Positions 57,874 to 64,000 of a stretch of 64,000 bases of DNA are shown piece after piece. The stretch comes from Actinomycetota bacterium (lineage in GTDB: Bacteria; Actinomycetota; Actinomycetes; S36-B12), in the NCBI GenBank assembly GCA_046046455.1, contig JBJOJS010000116.1, positions 8,202 to 72,201 of the forward strand. The letters are read 5' to 3'. Numbering within the stretch: the first letter of the stretch is position 1; every line of letters begins with the position of its first letter. A model generated the notes under the pieces. That model saw nothing but the letters and a program-made list of their open reading frames with translations. It had not been told where the DNA came from and did not search any database. The translations under genes and the position numbers were made by a program.

Positions 57874-60197
<2,324 letters not shown>

Positions 60198-60321
60198 ATC
60201 GGCTCCTGGACAGCACACCGGCCGCCCCCGACGGGGCGGGCACCAACGGCGGAAGCATCAGTCTATCGACCAGTGAGGGACTCGCGACTTGCGGCCTCAC
60301 GCGGGCACCCGCTCGTCCCTG

Positions 60322-60921
60322 CTAGCCGTCGACGCGGCGCCGACCGGCGAAGGCGCGGCCAAGGGTGACCTCGTCGGCGTACTCCAGATCGCCGCCGACC
60401 GGAAGCCCGCTCGCCAGGCGCGTCACCTCGAGGCCGAGGGGCGCGAGCATGCGCGCGAGGTACGTCGCCGTCGCCTCCCCCTCGAGATTGGGATCGGTCG
60501 CGATGATCACCTCGGTGATTTGGCCGTCGGCAAGGCGCTGCATGAGTTCACGGATCCGCAGGTCGTCCGGACCGACGCCATCAATGGGGCTGATGGCTCC
60601 GCCGAGCACGTGGTAGCGGCCGCGGTATTCGGCGGTCCGCTCGATGGCGATGACGTCACGTGACTCCTCGACGACGCACAGCGAATGGGGATCTCGGCGC
60701 GGGTCGCGGCAGATCCGGCACTGCTCCTCCTCCGTCACGTGCCCGCAGGTGGTGCAGAAGCGCGCGCGCTCCTTGACGGTCACGAGCACCTCCGCGAGGC
60801 GGCGTACATCGGCCGGCTCGGCCTGGAGGATGTGGAACGCCAGTCGCTGAGCGCTCTTGGGGCCGATGCCCGGGAGGCGGCCGAGCTCGTCGATGAGGTC
60901 GGCCATCACGCCGTCGTACAT
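60322..60921 (-). CDS. recR: Recombination protein RecR
   Basis: [12 protein letters not shown]4 zinc finger, [20 protein letters not shown]. Confidence 0.97.
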   Translation of the reverse strand: MYDGVMADLIDELGRLPGIGPKSAQRLAFHILQAEPADVRRLAEVLVTVKERARFCTTCGHVTEEEQCRICRDPRRDPHSLCVVEESRDVIAIERTAEYRGRYHVLGGAISPIDGVGPDDLRIRELMQRLADGQITEVIIATDPNLEGEATATYLARMLAPLGLEVTRLASGLPVGGDLEYADEVTLGRAFAGRRRVDG

Positions 60922-60922
60922 C

Positions 60923-62701
60923 TCAGCCCTGCTCGATCTCGCCGATGACGGTGGCTCCGAGCTCGCGCATGGCGAGCGCCTCGCCGCTCACGTCATCGTC
61001 GCTGTCGGAGTCATCCAGGCTGGGCTCGTCCGAGGGAGGATCGGCGATCGGAGTGGGTGCTGACCCTGTGGCGACGACATCGACCTGCACATCGACGTGC
61101 ATGACGTCGATGATCACTTGGCGCAGGCGCTCCGCGTGACCGCTCGCCCGCGCATTGCGCACCTTGCTCTCCTCGGGGACCCCGACGGCGAGGACTCCCG
61201 CGTCGAGGGAGAGCGGACGCGAGTCGCTGAAGACCATCCAGGCGACACGCGACATCGACTTGAGTCCCTCGAGGATCGCGGGCCACATGGTGGTGACATC
61301 CGCAAGGCTCGGCGTGGAGTCCGGGGCAGCCGGAGCCGGCTCAGGGGCCGACGTCGGAGCGGGCTCGGTCGCAGCAGCCTTGCTGGGAAGGACCGCGGAC
61401 ACTCGCGGAGGTGGCGGCGGCACCGCGGCCGGACGGGCGGGTGCTTCCGCCGCTGCGGGAGCGGCCTCGGGTTCCGGCGCTCGCCGCGGCTCGGGTGCGG
61501 ACGGGCGCGGAGTCGCCGCGCGAGGTGCTGCGGCAGGCATCGCAGGCGCTCCCCGCTCGAGTCGATCGAGACGCACGGCGAGCCCAGCGGGCGAGGCATC
61601 GGACGAAGGCAGCAGCAGGCGCGCGGCAAGCAACTCGAGGTGCAAACGCGGAGCAGTCGCGCCCCGGAGTTGCGTGAGCCCATCGCTCACCAGGTCTGCC
61701 GCGCGCGACAACTCGGCAAGCGTGAGACCGGCCACCTGCCTGCGCATGACCTCGATCTCGGAGTCAGGAGCGTCGAGGATCGCGAGCGCCTCATCTCCCG
61801 GGATGGCGGCGAGGACGATCAGATCCCGCAATCGCTGGAGCAGGTCAGTCGCGAAGCGCCGCGGATCGTGCCCCGCATCGATCACGCGATCGATGACGGT
61901 GAAGAGTCGCGCTCCCTCTCCGGAGGCGATGGCATCGACGGTGTCGTCGAGAAGCGCGGAATCGGTCACACCGAGCTGGGCCGAGACGTCGTCGTGGGTC
62001 AGGCCCTCCGGGCCCGAGCCGGCGATGAGCTGTCCCAGGATCGAGAGCGCATCGCGCACGCTGCCCGCGGCACTGCGAGCCACCAGCGCGAGGGCCGCGG
62101 GATCGGCCGGCACCCCCTCGGCCTCGCAGACGGTGGCGAGGTGCTGCTGCAGCACGCGGGTGGGCACAAGACGGAAGGCATAGTTGAAGGTGCGCGATCG
62201 GATCGTGGGGATGACCTTGTCGGCCTCGGTGGTCGCGAAGATGAAGCGCACGTGGTCGGGCGGCTCCTCGACGAGCTTGAGCAGCGCGTTGAAGCCCGCA
62301 TTGGTGACCATGTGGGCCTCGTCGACGATGTACACCTTGTACCGCGAGGACACGGGCGCGAACATCGCGCGTTCGCGCAACTCGCGGGTGTCGTCGACAC
62401 CGCCGTGGCTTGCCGCATCGAGCTCGATGACGTCAATGGAGCCGGGGCCGTTGGGCGCGAGATCGATGCAGCTCTGGCACTCACCGCAGGGATCCGGTGT
62501 GGGTCCCTGCGCGCAGTTGAGCGAGCGGGCGAGGATGCGGGCAGTCGAGGTCTTGCCGCAGCCTCGCGGGCCCGACAGCAGATAGGCGTGGTGCATGCGG
62601 TCGCTGGCGAGTGCTCGGGAGAGGGGCTCGGTGACGTGCTCCTGGCCGACGACATCAGCCAGACGCCCCGGCCGGTAGGTGCGGTAGAGGGCCGTGGACA
62701 C
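60923..62701 (-). CDS. dnaX: DNA polymerase III subunit gamma/tau
   Basis: [30 protein letters not shown]. Confidence 0.96.
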   Translation of the reverse strand: MSTALYRTYRPGRLADVVGQEHVTEPLSRALASDRMHHAYLLSGPRGCGKTSTARILARSLNCAQGPTPDPCGECQSCIDLAPNGPGSIDVIELDAASHGGVDDTRELRERAMFAPVSSRYKVYIVDEAHMVTNAGFNALLKLVEEPPDHVRFIFATTEADKVIPTIRSRTFNYAFRLVPTRVLQQHLATVCEAEGVPADPAALALVARSAAGSVRDALSILGQLIAGSGPEGLTHDDVSAQLGVTDSALLDDTVDAIASGEGARLFTVIDRVIDAGHDPRRFATDLLQRLRDLIVLAAIPGDEALAILDAPDSEIEVMRRQVAGLTLAELSRAADLVSDGLTQLRGATAPRLHLELLAARLLLPSSDASPAGLAVRLDRLERGAPAMPAAAPRAATPRPSAPEPRRAPEPEAAPAAAEAPARPAAVPPPPPRVSAVLPSKAAATEPAPTSAPEPAPAAPDSTPSLADVTTMWPAILEGLKSMSRVAWMVFSDSRPLSLDAGVLAVGVPEESKVRNARASGHAERLRQVIIDVMHVDVQVDVVATGSAPTPIADPPSDEPSLDDSDSDDDVSGEALAMRELGATVIGEIEQG

Positions 62702-62732
62702 CCGGTCACCCTAGTCCGGGGATGGGACATGA

Positions 62733-62822
62733 GGGGACCCCCCGCACACCCGACAGAGCCTGCCTGCCCTTGCTGCCTTCCGGCCCTGGGGGATTCAGCA
62801 GGGTGCCGCCGCGCGGGGGGTC
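62733..62822 (-). ncRNA. ffs: Signal recognition particle RNA (small 4.5S type)
   Basis: Minus strand carries helix-8 motif CAGGGCCGGAAGGCAGCA inside a long hairpin closed by GACCCCCCGC/GCGGGGGGTC; TAGACT -10 at 62834-62829; upstream of dnaX. Confidence 0.92.
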
Positions 62823-62859
62823 GGGACGAGTCTACGCCGCGCTTCCCGGGGCCTCGATG

Positions 62860-62896
62860 CGCGAAGCCCGGGCGGATAGACCGCCCGGGCTTCGCG
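62860..62896. terminator. Perfect 16-bp hairpin downstream of tRNA-Ser
   Basis: CGCGAAGCCCGGGCGG-ATAGA-CCGCCCGGGCTTCGCG. Confidence 0.75.
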
Positions 62897-62901
62897 GAGC
62901 G

Positions 62902-62986
62902 CGGAGGATAGGGGATTTGAACCCCTGAGGGATTGCTCCCAACACGCTTTCCAAGCGTGCGCCCTAGGCCACTAGGCGAATCCTCC
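62902..62986 (-). tRNA. tRNA-Ser (anticodon GGA); CCA not encoded
   Basis: GGAGGAT acceptor stem; CACGC-TTGGAAA-GCGTG anticodon arm; long variable arm; GGTTCAAATCC. Confidence 0.97.
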
Positions 62987-63022
62987 GCCGACGAGGGTAC
63001 CCAAAGCCCTCGGCGGACCGAA

Positions 63023-63091
63023 TCCGGATGATCCGTCGCGCCCGGATGACTCCCGATCACCCCGGATGGCATCCGATCACAGTGAGATCAC
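63023..63091. repeat. Imperfect ~20-bp direct repeats in the tRNA-Ser / LytR intergenic region
   Basis: CCCGGATGACTCCCGATCAC (63041), CCCGGATGGCATCCGATCAC (63061), partial copy at 63023. Confidence 0.65.
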
Positions 63092-63197
63092 GCACCGCGT
63101 CGTGCCACGACTCAGCGTCCGCAGCAACCTAGACTGACGGGACCGCACGGGTGGCGCCGAAGCTTCCCGCAGCGACGACATCAGGAGGAAGGACTCG

Positions 63198-63875
63198 ATG
63201 AGCGTTCCCAGCGGCGGCCCGAGGCCCAGCGCCCGTCATCGGCGCAAGCAGAGCCCCGTCGTGGCCATCGTGCTCGTCGCCATCGGCATGGTCATCCTCT
63301 TCGGTGCCGGCTACGGCCTGTCGCGCATCATCCAAGGCTCCGGGTCCTCGGATGCGGGAAGCACCAGTGCACCCACCGACGGCTCGGCGACAAGCGGAGC
63401 CCCTGAGCCGGAGCCGTGCGTCACGGTGACCGTCACCCCTGGAGCCGGCCTGCCGAGTGCCGCCCAGGTGACGACCAACGTCTACAACGCCACCGACCGA
63501 GCCGGCCTGGCCGCTTCGACGGCGGAGGAACTCCAGGTGCGCGGCTTCGTCATCGGCGTAGTCGACAACGACCCCCTCGCCAAGACGATCACCGCCGTCG
63601 CGGAGATCCGCCACGGTCCGTCCGGCGAGCAGGCGGCTCGACTCATGGCGTTCTACATCCCCGGCGCAGAGCTCGTCGACGACGGTCGCACCGATGCGAC
63701 GATCGACACGGTGCTCGGTGCGGCGTACACCGCCGTGGCTCCGCAGTCGGAGGTCGACACCGCACTCGCAGCGCCATCGCCCTCGCCCAGCGGCCCGGGC
63801 TGCTCACCCACCGCGGTGCCGACCAGCCAGTCGACCGCACCCACCGGTGAGAGCCCGAGCCCCGCAGCCTCCTGA
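63198..63875 (+). CDS. Membrane-anchored LytR C-terminal domain protein
   Basis: TM helix, NVYNATDRAGLA, RGFVIGVVDND, IDTVLG; AGGAGG RBS. Confidence 0.85.
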   Translation: MSVPSGGPRPSARHRRKQSPVVAIVLVAIGMVILFGAGYGLSRIIQGSGSSDAGSTSAPTDGSATSGAPEPEPCVTVTVTPGAGLPSAAQVTTNVYNATDRAGLAASTAEELQVRGFVIGVVDNDPLAKTITAVAEIRHGPSGEQAARLMAFYIPGAELVDDGRTDATIDTVLGAAYTAVAPQSEVDTALAAPSPSPSGPGCSPTAVPTSQSTAPTGESPSPAAS

Positions 63876-63882
63876 GGCTGCG

Positions 63883-64000
63883 CTAGAGCGCGACGAGGCG
63901 CCCGAGTTCGATGACGCGGTCGGCGGGTAGGCCGTAGTACCGCTGCACATCCGTGGCATTGCGCTGCATCAGGGCGAAGATCTCCGTGGCGACCCAGCGC
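63883..64000 (-). CDS. kup: C-terminus of a KUP/HAK/KT potassium transporter (partial)
   Basis: Manual translation ...EIFALMQRNATDVQRYYGLPADRVIELGRLVAL* resembles the Kup C-terminal motif. Confidence 0.7.
   Translation of the reverse strand, partial: RWVATEIFALMQRNATDVQRYYGLPADRVIELGRLVAL

Noticed and set aside
60198..60321. Lysine riboswitch upstream of ask
   Set aside because: The gap is only 124 nt and shows just one short GC hairpin (CGCCCC-CGAC-GGGGCG); no riboswitch core recognised.
63023..63091. Direct repeats as a CRISPR array
   Set aside because: Units are adjacent without unique spacers, too short and too few, and no cas genes are present.
63095..63197. c-di-AMP (ydaO) riboswitch before the LytR-domain gene
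   Set aside because: The characteristic conserved segments could not be found.

Overview
High-GC actinobacterial chromosome segment with no rRNA, CRISPR array, integrase or transposase detected. From about 17 to 63 kb it follows the conserved Actinomycetota backbone: holB-tmk-topA, hppA, DUF1998 helicase, tad/ssd locus, HAD hydrolase, Fic-like gene, acs, nhaA, marP, nth, crp, ArsA-type ATPase pair, whiB4, class A PBP, tRNA-Pro, asd-ask, recR-dnaX, SRP RNA and tRNA-Ser. The first 17 kb is accessory: ABC and MFS transport, hydrolases, a Tat flavoprotein, an orphan MazF-like gene and an orphan PspM-like gene. The strongest unexplained signals are (1) four fixed-length 49-nt palindromic intergenic elements that share a register but have divergent stems, (2) a short nhaA leader with competing base-pairings, a candidate cis-regulatory RNA, (3) a secreted S15/CocE hydrolase fused through a TM helix to an ABC ATPase, (4) a tandem pair of unknown membrane-anchored paralogs, (5) a probable CTG start on the Fic-like gene, and (6) a TANNNT-N6-start leaderless signature at 14 genes. 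Many starts were trimmed from the ORF track using overlaps, RBS or this signature. Family names come from recognising motifs and synteny; no searches were run.
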